DNA from: an uncultured Deinococcaceae bacterium
Lineage (GTDB): Bacteria; Deinococcota; Deinococci; Deinococcales; Deinococcaceae
Reading direction: 5' to 3'
Length of the DNA: 64,000 bases
Assembly (NCBI GenBank): GCA_964252075.1
Contig: CAXULY010000001.1
Span: forward strand, 247,787-311,786
The stretch's first letter is position 1. Each line of letters opens with the position of its first letter. A model generated the notes under the pieces. It saw only the letters and a program-made list of their open reading frames with translations, did no database searches and was not told where the DNA came from. Made by a program: the position numbers and the translations under genes. This document shows positions 36,125 to 50,829 of this stretch, one piece after another.

Positions 36125-37203
36125 CGGGCGCTGGTGGGGCGGGCGGCGGTGACGGCGCGCGCCGCGTCCAGGAGGCCCGCGCCGCAGGTCTTGCGGGGGT
36201 CCGGGTCGCAGGTGCCGCCTGGGAAAGGGCGGGCGGTCTGGCGGAGCAGGACCTTCACCTGCGCGGGCGTGAGTTTCAGGTTGAGGCCCAGCATGAGGCT
36301 CACGACGCCCGCCACGTGCGGCGCGGCGAGGCTGGTGCCGTCGCGCGGCTGCGGTGATTCCGGCACGTTCGTGAGGATGCCGTGCGCGGCGGTGCCGCCG
36401 GGCGCGGCGATCGCGACGCTCGACCCGTAATTGGCGTAGGTGGGGCGGCGGTTCTGGTCGTCCGTGGCGGTCACCGTGATGACGCCCCGGCACCCGGCGG
36501 GCGTGTACCCACGGGCGTCCGCGCCGTCGTTCGCGGCGCCCGCGATCACCACGGCGCCCACGCGCGCCACATCGTCGAGCGCGGACTGCACGCGCGCGTC
36601 GCAGCCGGTGAGGGGAATGAAGTCCGCGAAGAGGCTGAGGTTGATGACGCGCGCAGGCCGCGCGTTGACGGGGGCGCCCGCCACCTTGAGGCCCGCGGCC
36701 CAGCGCAGGGCGTCCACGAGATCCGGCACGCTGATGGTGCCCTGGGCGTCCGCGACGCGCACTTCCAGCAGGCGCGCCTGCGGGTTGATGCCCGCCACGC
36801 CACGCCCGTCGTGCGCCGCCCCGATGATCTGCGCGACGAGGCTCCCATGGTACGCGGTGGCGCCCGGGTCGGCGGGGTTGGCGTCGCGGCCGTCGCCGTC
36901 GCCACTGCGGGTGGGGTCACTTACGAAGTCGTAGCCGGGGAAGGTGCGGCCCGCGAGTTCGGCGGTCGCGTGGTAGCCGGTGTCGAGCACCGCGACCGTC
37001 ACGGGTGCGCCGCGCGTGACCGCCCAGGCGCCCTCCATGTGGATGGCCTGCAGGTTCCACTGCTGCGCGTACAGCGGGTCGGCGGGCCGGTACGCGGCGG
37101 TCGGCACGGTGGGCGTGGTGGGTCCAGTGAGCGGCGTCACGACCTTGATGGCGTGCGCGCCAGCGAGGCTCACGGTCACGAGAAGGGCGAGGCGGCGCAG
37201 CAT
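36121..37203 (-). CDS. Secreted S8 subtilisin-like serine peptidase
   Basis: [22 protein letters not shown] triad motifs; signal peptide. Confidence 0.9.
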   Translation of the reverse strand: MLRRLALLVTVSLAGAHAIKVVTPLTGPTTPTVPTAAYRPADPLYAQQWNLQAIHMEGAWAVTRGAPVTVAVLDTGYHATAELAGRTFPGYDFVSDPTRSGDGDGRDANPADPGATAYHGSLVAQIIGAAHDGRGVAGINPQARLLEVRVADAQGTISVPDLVDALRWAAGLKVAGAPVNARPARVINLSLFADFIPLTGCDARVQSALDDVARVGAVVIAGAANDGADARGYTPAGCRGVITVTATDDQNRRPTYANYGSSVAIAAPGGTAAHGILTNVPESPQPRDGTSLAAPHVAGVVSLMLGLNLKLTPAQVKVLLRQTARPFPGGTCDPDPRKTCGAGLLDAARAVTAARPTSAR

Positions 37204-37286
37204 GCCCGCACTCTCGCGCGCGCGCCTGATGCGGCGCTGAAGAACAGCTCAAGCGCCGTGAGGGCGCGAGGTGATACAAGGAAGCC

Positions 37287-38060
37287 ATGCAAGCGGGCAG
37301 CGGGCAGAGGCGCGTGACCATCGTGACGGGCGCTTCGAGCGGCATAGGGGCGGCGGTGGCCGAGGAACTCGCGGCGCGTGGGGACGCGCTGGTGCTGGCC
37401 GCGCGCCGCCGGGAGGCGCTCGACGCGCTCGCGTTCCGACTGGACCCCAGCGGGAGCCGCGTGCGCGCCGTCACGGCGGACCTCACGCGCCCCGAGGACC
37501 GCACGCGGCTCGTCGCGGAGGCCACCGGGGCGTTCGGCCGTGTGGACGTGCTGGTGAACAACGCGGGCGCGACGGTGCAGCGGGGCTTCTGGTGGGACGA
37601 CCCGGACCCCCTGCGGGTCGTGCGGATCAACCTGGAAGCCCCCATTGAGCTGACGCGGCTGGTGTTGCCCGAATGGCGTGCGCGCGGCGCGGGGCACGTG
37701 GTGTTCGTGGGGTCCGTGGCGGGGCGCGTGCCGAGCAACGGCATCTACAGCGCGTCGAAGTTCGGGATTCGCGGCTTCGCACTCTCGCTGCGCCGCGAGC
37801 TGCTGGGCAGCGGCGTACAGGTCAGCTTGGTGTCGCCGGGCTTCGTGCGCACCGAGATGACCCGCGGCGTGTCCCTCCCCATGCCGGGCCCGGAGGGTGT
37901 GGCGCGCGCCGTGGCGGGGGTGCTGCGCGCCCCGCGCGCGGAGGTGACGGTGCCGGGCGTGTACCGCGCCCTCGCGACCCTGGAGCGGCTGTTCCCGGCG
38001 GTGGGTGACGCGGTGTTCCCCATGGTCATGAACCGCCGCTACCTGAGGCGCGGGTCGTGA
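37287..38060 (+). CDS. Short-chain dehydrogenase/reductase
   Basis: [17 protein letters not shown]. Confidence 0.92.
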   Translation: MQAGSGQRRVTIVTGASSGIGAAVAEELAARGDALVLAARRREALDALAFRLDPSGSRVRAVTADLTRPEDRTRLVAEATGAFGRVDVLVNNAGATVQRGFWWDDPDPLRVVRINLEAPIELTRLVLPEWRARGAGHVVFVGSVAGRVPSNGIYSASKFGIRGFALSLRRELLGSGVQVSLVSPGFVRTEMTRGVSLPMPGPEGVARAVAGVLRAPRAEVTVPGVYRALATLERLFPAVGDAVFPMVMNRRYLRRGS

Positions 38061-39079
38061 GGCACCAGCTGGCGGGCTGGCTGCGCTCGGTGGGGTTGGG
38101 CCGCCTGCACCGCGCGGACCTCGCGATCACGCCGTACTGCGGCTGGGGCACGCCGCAGTCCGTGGAGCTGCAGGGCCGCGTGCTGGTGCCGCGCCGCCCC
38201 ATCCGCCCACAGCGTGGGGACCGCGCGTGGCGAAACCTCGCGGCGAGCCTCGGGCGGCTGTGGAGTCTGGAGGTGCCGGGCGTGCCCGTGCAGGGAGAGC
38301 TGGGTGGCCTGCAGGCGAGCGCCGTGAGTGACGACGAGGGCTTCTTCACCCTGCGGTTCCAGCCGAGGGAGCCCCTCCCGCCCGGCTGGCACCCCGTCAC
38401 CCTCCACCTGCCCGGGCGTGAGCGCCAGACGCGCGCCCGGGCGCTGGTGGTGGATGAAGCGCCCTTCGGGGTCATCAGCGACCTGGACGACACGGTCGTG
38501 CAGACGGGCGCCACGAAGACCCTCGCGATGCTGTTCACGGTGCTGACCCGAAACGCCCGCACGCGCCTGCCGTTCCCCGGCGTGGGCGCCCTGTACCGCG
38601 CGTTCTCGCGGCGCGGCAGCCCGGTGTTCTACGTGTCGAGCAGCCCCTGGAATTTCTTCGACGTGCTGTGGCACTTCCTCGATTACCGCCGCATTCCCCT
38701 CGGGCCGCTGTTCCTGCGGGACTGGGGGCTGGACCTGCTGCGCGGCCACAACACGCACAAGCTGAGCATCATCACGCGGGTGATGGACCGCTACCCGAAG
38801 CTGGCGTTCGTGCTGGTCGGGGACAGCGGCGAGCACGACCCGGAAATCTACGCGGAGGTGGTGCGCACGCACCCCGGGCGGGTGCTGGCGGTGTACATCC
38901 GGGACGTGGTGGGGCGGCGCCGGGAGCCGTCCGTGGCGCGCCTGCGCGAGGACCTGCGCGCGCGTGGCGTGCCCATGCTGCTCGCGCGGGACACCCTGGC
39001 CGCCGCGCACCACGCGATGGCGCTGGGCCTCATCACGCCCGAGGACCTCAAGCGCGTCGCCCAGTCCGCGGTGCGGTAA
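38057..39079 (+). CDS. App1-family (DUF2183) phosphatase
   Basis: [26 protein letters not shown]. Confidence 0.88.
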   Translation: MRHQLAGWLRSVGLGRLHRADLAITPYCGWGTPQSVELQGRVLVPRRPIRPQRGDRAWRNLAASLGRLWSLEVPGVPVQGELGGLQASAVSDDEGFFTLRFQPREPLPPGWHPVTLHLPGRERQTRARALVVDEAPFGVISDLDDTVVQTGATKTLAMLFTVLTRNARTRLPFPGVGALYRAFSRRGSPVFYVSSSPWNFFDVLWHFLDYRRIPLGPLFLRDWGLDLLRGHNTHKLSIITRVMDRYPKLAFVLVGDSGEHDPEIYAEVVRTHPGRVLAVYIRDVVGRRREPSVARLREDLRARGVPMLLARDTLAAAHHAMALGLITPEDLKRVAQSAVR

Positions 39080-39126
39080 ACGGCCCGGGCCGCCGTGGGG
39101 CGTCCGGGCCGCGCGCGAGATCGGGT

Positions 39127-39435
39127 TTACTTGTCGAACTTGTCGTAGCCGGCCGCGCTGCGCCGCTGCGCGCCGCGCGCGTAGTCCAGCTGCATCTCGA
39201 TCTGCTCGTGCCCGCCGTCCGTGAGGGTGCTGGCAGGCACCCAGTAATTGAGGCGCTGGTCGTCCAGCTGCACCCAGAAGCGGCCCTGGTCGGACGCGTC
39301 CCGCCAGAAGACCACCTGAGCGAAGTGGTTGGCCTCGGCCCAGCCCACGACTTCCTTCACGACGCGTTCGCTGCCCGCCTGCGTGGGCGGCAGGTCCGCG
39401 CCGTCCCGCTCGTCCCTGAAAAGTACCTCGGCCAT
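39127..39435 (-). CDS. Hypothetical protein
   Basis: Host-like codon usage and protein-like composition (MAEVLFRDER...QLDYARGAQRRS). Confidence 0.7.
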   Translation of the reverse strand: MAEVLFRDERDGADLPPTQAGSERVVKEVVGWAEANHFAQVVFWRDASDQGRFWVQLDDQRLNYWVPASTLTDGGHEQIEMQLDYARGAQRRSAAGYDKFDK

Positions 39436-39512
39436 GCGCCCAGGGTACAGGAGCGCGCGCGGGCGCATGGCCCGCGAGGCGCGAGGGTTAAGGCAGCATT
39501 ATGCTGGTGCCC

Positions 39513-40289
39513 GTGCCTGCCCTGACCGTCACCACCCTGAACACCTGCGGCCTGCGTTCCGCGCTGCGCAAGGGCCTCCCGGAGTGGCTGCGCGCCGCCG
39601 CGCCGGACGTGCTGCTGCTGCAGGAGACGCGCTGCGACCCCATGCCTGACGTCCTCGCGGAAGCCGGGTACACCAGCGTCTGGCACCCCGCCGTGCGCGC
39701 CGGGTACAGCGGCGTGGCGATCGCGTCGCGCCGCCCACCGGACCGCGTGGAGGTGGGCCTCGGGCACGCGGACTACGACGACGAGGGCCGCGTCCTGACC
39801 GCGCACTTCGGGCCGCTGGCGGTCGTGAGCGCGTACCTGCCGAGCGGCTCCAGCGGCCCGGAGCGCCAGGCCTTCAAGGAGCGCTGCCTCACGCACTTCC
39901 TGGAGTGGGTGAAGGCGCGCGTGGCCCAGGGGCCGCTGCTGATCGGCGGGGACCTGAACATCGCGCACACGCCACTGGACCTGAAGAACTGGCGCACGAA
40001 CCAGAAGAACTCCGGGTTCCTGCCGCACGAGCGCGCCTGGATGGACGAACTGCTGGCGCTCGGCCTGCGCGACACGCACCGCGCGCACCTGGGCGAGCGC
40101 GCGGAGTACACGTGGTGGAGCACGCGCGGGCAGGCCTACGCGAACGACGTGGGGTGGCGCATCGATTACCTGCTGGCGGGCGGCCTGGAGAGCGGTGAGG
40201 TGCTGGTGGACAAGGCCGCGCGCCTCTCCGACCACGCGCCCCTCACTGCGCGCCTCGTGGGGCCGCCCGACGCGCTCGCGGGCTGGTGA
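39513..40289 (+). CDS. xth: Exodeoxyribonuclease III
   Basis: LLLQET, GYSGVA, GDLNIAH, YTWWS, WRIDY, SDHAP. Start 39501 or 39513. Confidence 0.92.
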   Translation: MPALTVTTLNTCGLRSALRKGLPEWLRAAAPDVLLLQETRCDPMPDVLAEAGYTSVWHPAVRAGYSGVAIASRRPPDRVEVGLGHADYDDEGRVLTAHFGPLAVVSAYLPSGSSGPERQAFKERCLTHFLEWVKARVAQGPLLIGGDLNIAHTPLDLKNWRTNQKNSGFLPHERAWMDELLALGLRDTHRAHLGERAEYTWWSTRGQAYANDVGWRIDYLLAGGLESGEVLVDKAARLSDHAPLTARLVGPPDALAGW

Positions 40290-40431
40290 ACGTCCGCCGC
40301 GTGAAGCACTTCACGCGGCTCACCATCCTTTCAGCTTGGCTTTAGACACTATCGGAGAGCTTCGGGCACGCCCAGGCTGACACCACGATGAACAACGACC
40401 TTACGCTGAACCCTGGCGTCGGAGGTGGACC

Positions 40432-40872
40432 ATGACCGAACAAGAGCGTGACCTTCTGGAGCGCGTGATGGGCAGTTGGGATGATCAGGAAGCCGCGCTG
40501 GAGTTCCGCGTGAGCGCCATCCCCTACGACCTCCCCGTGCTCCTGCCGAGCTTCCCCAGCCAGCAGGTGGTGGGCAGCATGACCCGCCGCGTGCGCGCCG
40601 AGGGCGGCACGCAACGCTGGGAGATTCACCTGAACGCCGTCGCGCCCGCCCGGCAGATCCTCGACCAGCTCGGGCAGGCGCTCACGCAGGAAGGCTGGAG
40701 CGCCACCATGGGCGCCGAGCCGGACGGCAAACACCTTCAGCTCCGCAAGGACGACCTGAGCCTCAGCGCGCGCACCACCGAGCGGCGCGGCCTCACGCAG
40801 CTCGCCCTGCGCGTGACGCGCCAGCCGCCCGGGTCGGAGCAGACCTTCTGGCCGGAGCAGGCCTCCGCCTGA
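40432..40872 (+). CDS. Hypothetical protein
   Basis: GGAGG before ATG; host-like codon usage. Confidence 0.7.
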   Translation: MTEQERDLLERVMGSWDDQEAALEFRVSAIPYDLPVLLPSFPSQQVVGSMTRRVRAEGGTQRWEIHLNAVAPARQILDQLGQALTQEGWSATMGAEPDGKHLQLRKDDLSLSARTTERRGLTQLALRVTRQPPGSEQTFWPEQASA

Positions 40873-40909
40873 CGCGAGCGGGGCGGCCTCACGACCGCCC
40901 CGCCTTCCA

Positions 40910-43876
<2,967 letters not shown>

Positions 43877-43880
43877 AAAC

Positions 43881-43900
43881 TTGTACTGAGTTCAAGTATA
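43881..43900 (-). promoter_or_regulatory. -10 TATACT plus FadR-like palindrome TTGTACTGAGTTCAA
   Basis: Near-perfect palindrome 43879-43897 overlaps the predicted transcription start of the fadF-like gene. Confidence 0.6.
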
Positions 43901-43956
43901 GCGGGCCGCCCGGCGGCGCAACATCGCGCAAGGCACACGAACCCGGTGCCTTCAGC

Positions 43957-44003
43957 TTGACACATCGCACCCCGCCACCCATATTGAGAATATGTTCTCA
44001 ATA
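43957..44003 (+). promoter_or_regulatory. Sigma70-type promoter (TTGACA-17-CATATT) with palindromic operator over the start codon
   Basis: TATTGAGAA-tatg-TTCTCAATA perfect 9-bp arms at 43982-44003. Confidence 0.65.
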
Positions 44004-44939
44004 AGCCAGTCCGGGCTCCTCGACACCATCGTCATCGGCGCGGGCAGTGCGGGACTCAGCGCCGCCCTGGTCCTGGGCCGCGCCCGCCGACAGGTGCTGG
44101 TGCTGGACGGCGGCCCCCCCCGCAACGCCTCCGCCGACGCGGCACACGGCTTCCTGACCCGCGACGGCACGCCCCCCGCCGAACTCCTGCAGATCGCTCG
44201 GGCGCAGCTCACCCCGTACCCCGTGCAGCTGATGCGGGCCCAGGCAGAGCGCGCCCACGCCACCCAGGACGGCTTCGAGGTCCGCGTGACGGGTGGCGCG
44301 GTGCACCACGCCCGTCGGCTGGTGCTCGCCACCGGCGTCACCGACGTGCTCCCCGACCTCCCCGGACTGCAGGAAGGCTGGGGCCACAGCGTCCACCACT
44401 GCCCTTACTGCCACGGCTGGGAGGTGCGCGACCAGGCGCTCGCGGATCTGGTCCCGGCGGGCGGGGACGCGGCCTATCACCGCGGCGTGCTGCTGCGGCA
44501 GTGGACCCCCGACCTCACCGTCCTGACGCACGGCGGCGCCGCCCTCAGTGACGACCAGCAGGTGCAGCCGGACGCGCTGGGCGTGCGCGTGGACGCCAGG
44601 CCCGTCGCAGCATGGACGGGTTCCGCCGTGGTCTTTCAGGACGGCTCCACCCTCGCCCGCCACGCGCTGTTCGTGACGCCCACCCTGCGCCAGCGCGCCG
44701 ACCTCCCGGACCAGCTGGGCTGCGAGCGCGCCCAGACCGGCCCCATGCCGGGCGTGCTGCTCCGGGTGCAGCCGGAAAGCGGACTGACCAGCGTGCCGGG
44801 CGTGTACGCGGCGGGCGACCTCGCGGGGGAGCAGCAGGTGCTGCTCGCCGCGGCGAGCGGCGCGCGCGCCGCGTACGCCATCAACGCCGAGCTGAGCGTC
44901 TCGGATGCCCGCCGCGCGGCGCAACCCGCTATCCTCTGA
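43992..44939 (+). CDS. NAD(P)/FAD-dependent oxidoreductase, thioredoxin-reductase-like
   Basis: IGAGSAG, LATG, HCPYCHGWE, TSVPGVYAAGD. Confidence 0.9.
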   Translation: MFSISQSGLLDTIVIGAGSAGLSAALVLGRARRQVLVLDGGPPRNASADAAHGFLTRDGTPPAELLQIARAQLTPYPVQLMRAQAERAHATQDGFEVRVTGGAVHHARRLVLATGVTDVLPDLPGLQEGWGHSVHHCPYCHGWEVRDQALADLVPAGGDAAYHRGVLLRQWTPDLTVLTHGGAALSDDQQVQPDALGVRVDARPVAAWTGSAVVFQDGSTLARHALFVTPTLRQRADLPDQLGCERAQTGPMPGVLLRVQPESGLTSVPGVYAAGDLAGEQQVLLAAASGARAAYAINAELSVSDARRAAQPAIL

Positions 44940-44942
44940 CTC

Positions 44943-45950
44943 GTGACCCTGACGCCTGCCGAACTGCAACGCACCCTGAGCGCGCTCGTCGCGCGGAACC
45001 TGAAGATCAGCGCCATGATCTGGGGGCCGCCCGGCGTGGGGAAGTCCAGCGTGGTGGCGCAGGTGGCGCGCGAGCACGGGCTGGGCTTCACGGACGTGCG
45101 CCTCTCGCAGCTCGCGCCGACCGACCTGCGCGGACTGCCGGTGGCCGAAAACGGCGTGAGTCGTTGGTTCCCGCCAGAGTTCCTGCCCCGTGACGGGCGG
45201 GGCGTGCTGTTCCTCGACGAGATCAACATGGCGCCGCCCACCATGCAGGGCATGGCGCAGCAGCTCATTCTGGACCGCCGGGTGGGCAGTTACGTGCTGC
45301 CGGACGGCTGGTTCGTGTGGGCGGCGGGGAACCGCAAGGAGGACCGCGCGAGCGTGTTCGACATGCCCGCACCCCTCGCGAACCGCTTCCTGCACTTCGC
45401 GGTGCGCCCGGACTGGAACGCGTGGCGGGATTACGCGCTGCGGCAGAACCTCGCGGAGCAGGTGCTGGCCTTCCTGACCTTCCGCCCGGAGCTGCTGCAC
45501 CGCCTGGACGACCTCTCCCCCGCGTGGCCCAGCCCACGCAGCTGGGAGATGGCCTCCGCCCTGCACGCGGGTGGCCTCGACGTGGCGCCCGCGGTGGGTG
45601 AGGCGGTCGCGGCGGAGTTCGGGGCCTTCGTGAAGCTGTACACGCACCTGCCAGACCTGTCCCTGGTGCTCGCGGGGCGCGGGGACGACCTCACGCTGCC
45701 CGCCGAGCCAAGCGTGCGCTACGCAGCGGTGGTGGGCCTCGCGGCGCGCGCGGAGGGAGCCGCGGAGGCGCAGCAGGCCTTCCTGTGGCTGTCCAGGCGC
45801 GGGGGCGCGGAGTGGCTGCAGCTGTTTGTGGCGACGCTGGTGCCCCGGTTGCGCTCGCGCGGGCAGCTGGGGGAACTCGCGGCGCTCATGAACGCGGACC
45901 CGCGCGTGGCGGCGCTGGTGCAGGACGCGCTGTCCCTCGCGGAGGGCTGA
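44943..45950 (+). CDS. MoxR-like AAA+ ATPase
   Basis: Walker A GPPGVGKS, DLRGLP, Walker B LFLDE, AAGN, LANRF, PSPRSW. TATCCT lies 7 nt upstream. Confidence 0.9.
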   Translation: MTLTPAELQRTLSALVARNLKISAMIWGPPGVGKSSVVAQVAREHGLGFTDVRLSQLAPTDLRGLPVAENGVSRWFPPEFLPRDGRGVLFLDEINMAPPTMQGMAQQLILDRRVGSYVLPDGWFVWAAGNRKEDRASVFDMPAPLANRFLHFAVRPDWNAWRDYALRQNLAEQVLAFLTFRPELLHRLDDLSPAWPSPRSWEMASALHAGGLDVAPAVGEAVAAEFGAFVKLYTHLPDLSLVLAGRGDDLTLPAEPSVRYAAVVGLAARAEGAAEAQQAFLWLSRRGGAEWLQLFVATLVPRLRSRGQLGELAALMNADPRVAALVQDALSLAEG

Positions 45951-45954
45951 GCGC

Positions 45955-47088
45955 GTGACGGACCCCGACCCCTTCGCGCGCGCGGTGAGCGCGTCCCGCC
46001 TGCGCCTGCGTGCGCGCAGCGCGTTCTTCGCCACGCTGCTCATGCAGGTGGAGGTGCTGCCGTCCCACGAGGTGAAGGGCGCCGCGACGGACGGGGACCG
46101 CGTGTACCTGCACCCGGACACCGCCGCGACCCTGCCGGGTGAATCGCTGGACGCGCTCCTGCTGCACGAGGTGCTGCACGCGGCGCTCGCGCACGTGCCG
46201 CGCAGGGGCCCACGCGAGGGGGACCGCTGGAACCGCGCGGCGGACGCGGTGGTGAACGGCCTCGTGTCGTCCGCGGGCCTGCCCGTGCCGGAGGGCTCGC
46301 CGCGCCTCGCGGACCTGGAGCACCTGAGCGTGGAGGAGGTGTACGCCACGCTCGGGCAGGAGGACCGCCAGGACGACGGGGAGGGCGAGGGAGACGGTGA
46401 CCTGCTGGACGGCCCGCCGTCGGACGTGCCGCAGGCGGGCAAGGGGCGGCCCTCCCCTGGCGAGCTGGAGGCGCGCTGGCGGCAGGCGGTCGCGCAGGCG
46501 GACGCGGTCGCGCGCATGAGCGGGCAGGGCGACTCGCCGCTCGGCCTGTCGCGTGACTTCGGGCACCTGCGGCCCGCGCGCCTCGACTGGCGCACGCAGC
46601 TGTGGCGCTTCATGGCGCGCACGCCCGTGGACTTCGCGGGCTTCGACCGGCGCTTCATCGGGCGGGGCCTGTACCTGGAGACGCTGGATGACGAGTCCTT
46701 GCGCGTGCTGGTGGGCGTGGACACCTCCGGCAGCGTGGACGAGGCGAGCGTGACGGCGCTCATCGCGGAGGTGCGCGGCATCCTGGGCGCTTACCCGCAC
46801 GTGCGCGCGACCCTGTATTACGCCGACACGGAAGCCTACGGCCCCTACGACCTCGGGCCGGCCAGCGACATCCCGCCCGTGCAGGGCGGCGGCGGCACGG
46901 ACTTCCGGCCCCTCCTGAAACTCGCGGACGCGGGCGACGCGGACGTGATGGTGTACCTGACGGACGGCTTCGGGGACTTCCCGGAGCGCGCGCCGCGCGT
47001 GCCCGTCCTGTGGGCGGTGACGCCGGGCGGGCTGGACAGCGCGCAGTTCCCCTTCGGTGAGGTCGCGCGCATCGGGGAGGACGCATGA
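45955..47088 (+). CDS. DUF2201-like protein (HEXXH metallopeptidase-like + VWA domain)
   Basis: AATDG, LHEVLH, WNRAAD..VN, MIDAS DTSGS, GGGGTDF, YLTDG. Confidence 0.88.
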   Translation: MTDPDPFARAVSASRLRLRARSAFFATLLMQVEVLPSHEVKGAATDGDRVYLHPDTAATLPGESLDALLLHEVLHAALAHVPRRGPREGDRWNRAADAVVNGLVSSAGLPVPEGSPRLADLEHLSVEEVYATLGQEDRQDDGEGEGDGDLLDGPPSDVPQAGKGRPSPGELEARWRQAVAQADAVARMSGQGDSPLGLSRDFGHLRPARLDWRTQLWRFMARTPVDFAGFDRRFIGRGLYLETLDDESLRVLVGVDTSGSVDEASVTALIAEVRGILGAYPHVRATLYYADTEAYGPYDLGPASDIPPVQGGGGTDFRPLLKLADAGDADVMVYLTDGFGDFPERAPRVPVLWAVTPGGLDSAQFPFGEVARIGEDA

Positions 47089-48353
47089 CGGCGGGCGGAA
47101 CGCTACCCCCCGAGGCCACCGCCGAGCAGCTGCGGCAGGCGGCCCTGGGGCGCGACCCGCGCGTGCTGCGCGAGGTCACCGCGCACCCGAACGCGCCGCT
47201 GGACCTGCTGACGGACCTGGGCGCGCGTTTCCCGGACGCGCTGCTCGCCAACCCCGCCCTGACGCTCTTGCGCCTAGAGCGGCCCGGCCTGCTGCGCGAG
47301 TGGCCGGACGACACCGTGCGCGCACTCTTGCGCCTCCCGGACGCGCCCACCTGGGTGCTGGACGGCGCGGCGGGCCACGCGAGCGACACCGTGCGCCGCG
47401 ACCTCGCCGCGCACCCGAAACTTCCCGAGGGGCGGGTGCGGCAACTCAGCACGGACACCTCGTGGCTGGTGCGCGAGGCCATTGCGGGGCGCCCGGACCT
47501 GCCCGCCGAGACCGTGGCGCGCCTCGCCACCGACGACGATTACGACGTCCGCAAGGCCGTCGCCGCCCGCCCCGACCTGCCGGACGCCCTGCTGCGCCGC
47601 GCGGCGACCGACGACCAGCCCGCCGTGCGCGCGGTCGTGGCGCGGCGAGGGGACACGCCGCTGGACCTCGCGCTCTCGTTCCAGCACGACCCGGAGGAGT
47701 CCGTGCTGGCGGCGCTCGCCACGCGTTTCGACCTGCCGCGGGAGGTGCGCGAGGCGCTCGCCACGCACCCCGCCGCCCTGGTGCGCGCGCACGCGCTGAT
47801 GGCGTGGCTGGTGCCGCCCGAGTGGCTGGCCCGCGCGCTGCTGGACGAGTCGGGCGAGGTGCGCGCGGCCCTCGCGCGCCGCCCGGAGCTGCCCGCGGGC
47901 CTCGCCGTCGCGCTGGCCGCCGACCCGGAGGCGGAGGTGCGCCGCGCGCTCCTCGACCGCGACGACCTCACGCCCGAAGCCTTCACGCAGCTCGCGCGCG
48001 ACCCGGAGGTGGACATCCGCCAGGGCATCGCGAGCGCCGCCGAGTTGCCCACCGCGGCGCTCGAACAGCTGATCGAGGACCCCGCCCTGCCCATCCGGGT
48101 GGTGCTCGCCGTGCGTCCGGACCTCACCGAGGCGCAGCGCGCGCGCCTCAGCGCGGACGCCCACCCGGACGTGCGGCGCGCGGTGGCCCTCGCGCCGCAC
48201 TGCCCCCCGGCGTTGCTCGCGCGGCTCGCGGGGGACGCCAGCGCGGGCGTGCGCCGCGCCGTCGCGGCGCACCCGAACCTGAACGAGGAGATTCTCATGG
48301 CCCTGCGCGAGGACCGTGACGCGGGCGTGCGCTTGCTGCTCGACGCGCGCTGA
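47085..48353 (+). CDS. Alpha-helical repeat protein (LRV/HEAT-like)
   Basis: About 24-aa repeats L..LA.D....VR..(A/V)A.(H/R)P; ATGA overlap with the VWA gene. Confidence 0.82.
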   Translation: MTAGGTLPPEATAEQLRQAALGRDPRVLREVTAHPNAPLDLLTDLGARFPDALLANPALTLLRLERPGLLREWPDDTVRALLRLPDAPTWVLDGAAGHASDTVRRDLAAHPKLPEGRVRQLSTDTSWLVREAIAGRPDLPAETVARLATDDDYDVRKAVAARPDLPDALLRRAATDDQPAVRAVVARRGDTPLDLALSFQHDPEESVLAALATRFDLPREVREALATHPAALVRAHALMAWLVPPEWLARALLDESGEVRAALARRPELPAGLAVALAADPEAEVRRALLDRDDLTPEAFTQLARDPEVDIRQGIASAAELPTAALEQLIEDPALPIRVVLAVRPDLTEAQRARLSADAHPDVRRAVALAPHCPPALLARLAGDASAGVRRAVAAHPNLNEEILMALREDRDAGVRLLLDAR

Positions 48354-48362
48354 CCGCGCGCC

Positions 48363-49079
48363 TCACCGCTCGCAGGTGAGGTCCACGCGCAGGCTCGGGT
48401 CCCTCACGTTCCACGGGAGTTTCGCGCTGGTGGGCAGTTCACCCGGCTTGATCTGCCACAGCAGCTTGCTGGGCGCGCGGTCCTCGCTCGGGCCGTCCGG
48501 GTCGTGCACGCTCAGGGTGCCTTTCCAGACCCCGCCGGGCGGCAGGCTGGCGTACGCCAGTTTCTGGCCCGCGAGGAGGTCCCCGGTGCTCCACGTGAGC
48601 GGCGTGCCGTCCGCCGAAAGGACGCTCAGGTGCGCGTCGTCGGGGTTCAGGCCCCCGAAGATCGGCTGCAGGGTGGTGCCCGTGGCGTTTCGGACCTCGG
48701 CGTGCACGGTCCACTTCGGGTCGCTGGGGTCCGCGTTGAGGCGCAGGTCGCTGAGGCGCACGCGCCACACGCCATTGAAGAACGTCTGCCCGAGGCACCC
48801 GGAGAGCGCCGCCACCTGGTTCGCGCCGCCCGTGGTGCCGCCCACCTGACCGGCGGGCGGCGCGCCCCTCAGCGTGAGGTTGAGGGTCCCGCCCTGCTGC
48901 GTCACCCCCACCCCCGCCGCCCTGAGGGCGCTCACGGGCACGAAGGTCTGCCCGTTGATGCTGACGGTGTTCCCGGCGGGGCGACCATCAATGGTGAGCT
49001 TGAGGGTCTGCGCGGCGGCGGTCCCCAGCAGGAGCGCGGTGAGCAGGGCCGGGATGGGCAGGTGGCGGAATCTGGTCAT
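48363..49079 (-). CDS. Hypothetical secreted protein
   Basis: GAAAGGA before ATG 49079; signal peptide ending [15 protein letters not shown] segment. Confidence 0.75.
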   Translation of the reverse strand: MTRFRHLPIPALLTALLLGTAAAQTLKLTIDGRPAGNTVSINGQTFVPVSALRAAGVGVTQQGGTLNLTLRGAPPAGQVGGTTGGANQVAALSGCLGQTFFNGVWRVRLSDLRLNADPSDPKWTVHAEVRNATGTTLQPIFGGLNPDDAHLSVLSADGTPLTWSTGDLLAGQKLAYASLPPGGVWKGTLSVHDPDGPSEDRAPSKLLWQIKPGELPTSAKLPWNVRDPSLRVDLTCER

Positions 49080-49204
49080 GGTGGTCCTTTCAGGCGGGAA
49101 TGGGGTCCCGCCCGCCCTCAGGGTGCGCCGCGCCCGGTCAGGGTCCGGTGAGGCGAGGAGGCACTTGCGCCGCTCGGCGCGCGGCGCGGGCGGCCTGTAT
49201 AGTG

Positions 49205-49293
49205 GGGCTTGCGCTGCGGCAACTGGCGCTGAACGTGGACCCACCACGGGGAAGCCGCAGGACACCCAATTCCTTGATCGCGCGCCTGGGTCG
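49205..49293 (+). ncRNA. ZMP/ZTP riboswitch (pfl motif)
   Basis: P1 ctgcggc/gccgcag enclosing actggcg and gtgg..ccac.gggg; 3' cgcgcctggg. TATAGT -10 at 49198; lies directly upstream of purH. Confidence 0.88.
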
Positions 49294-49325
49294 GACCCCA
49301 CCGGGGTCCATGCTGGGGGTTTCAC

Positions 49326-50828
<1,503 letters not shown>

Positions 50829-50829
50829 G

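Noticed and set aside
43998..46781. 927-aa minus-strand ORF and similar long overlapping ORFs throughout the window
   Set aside because: Stop-poor shadow frames expected in high-GC DNA, opposite well-supported genes.
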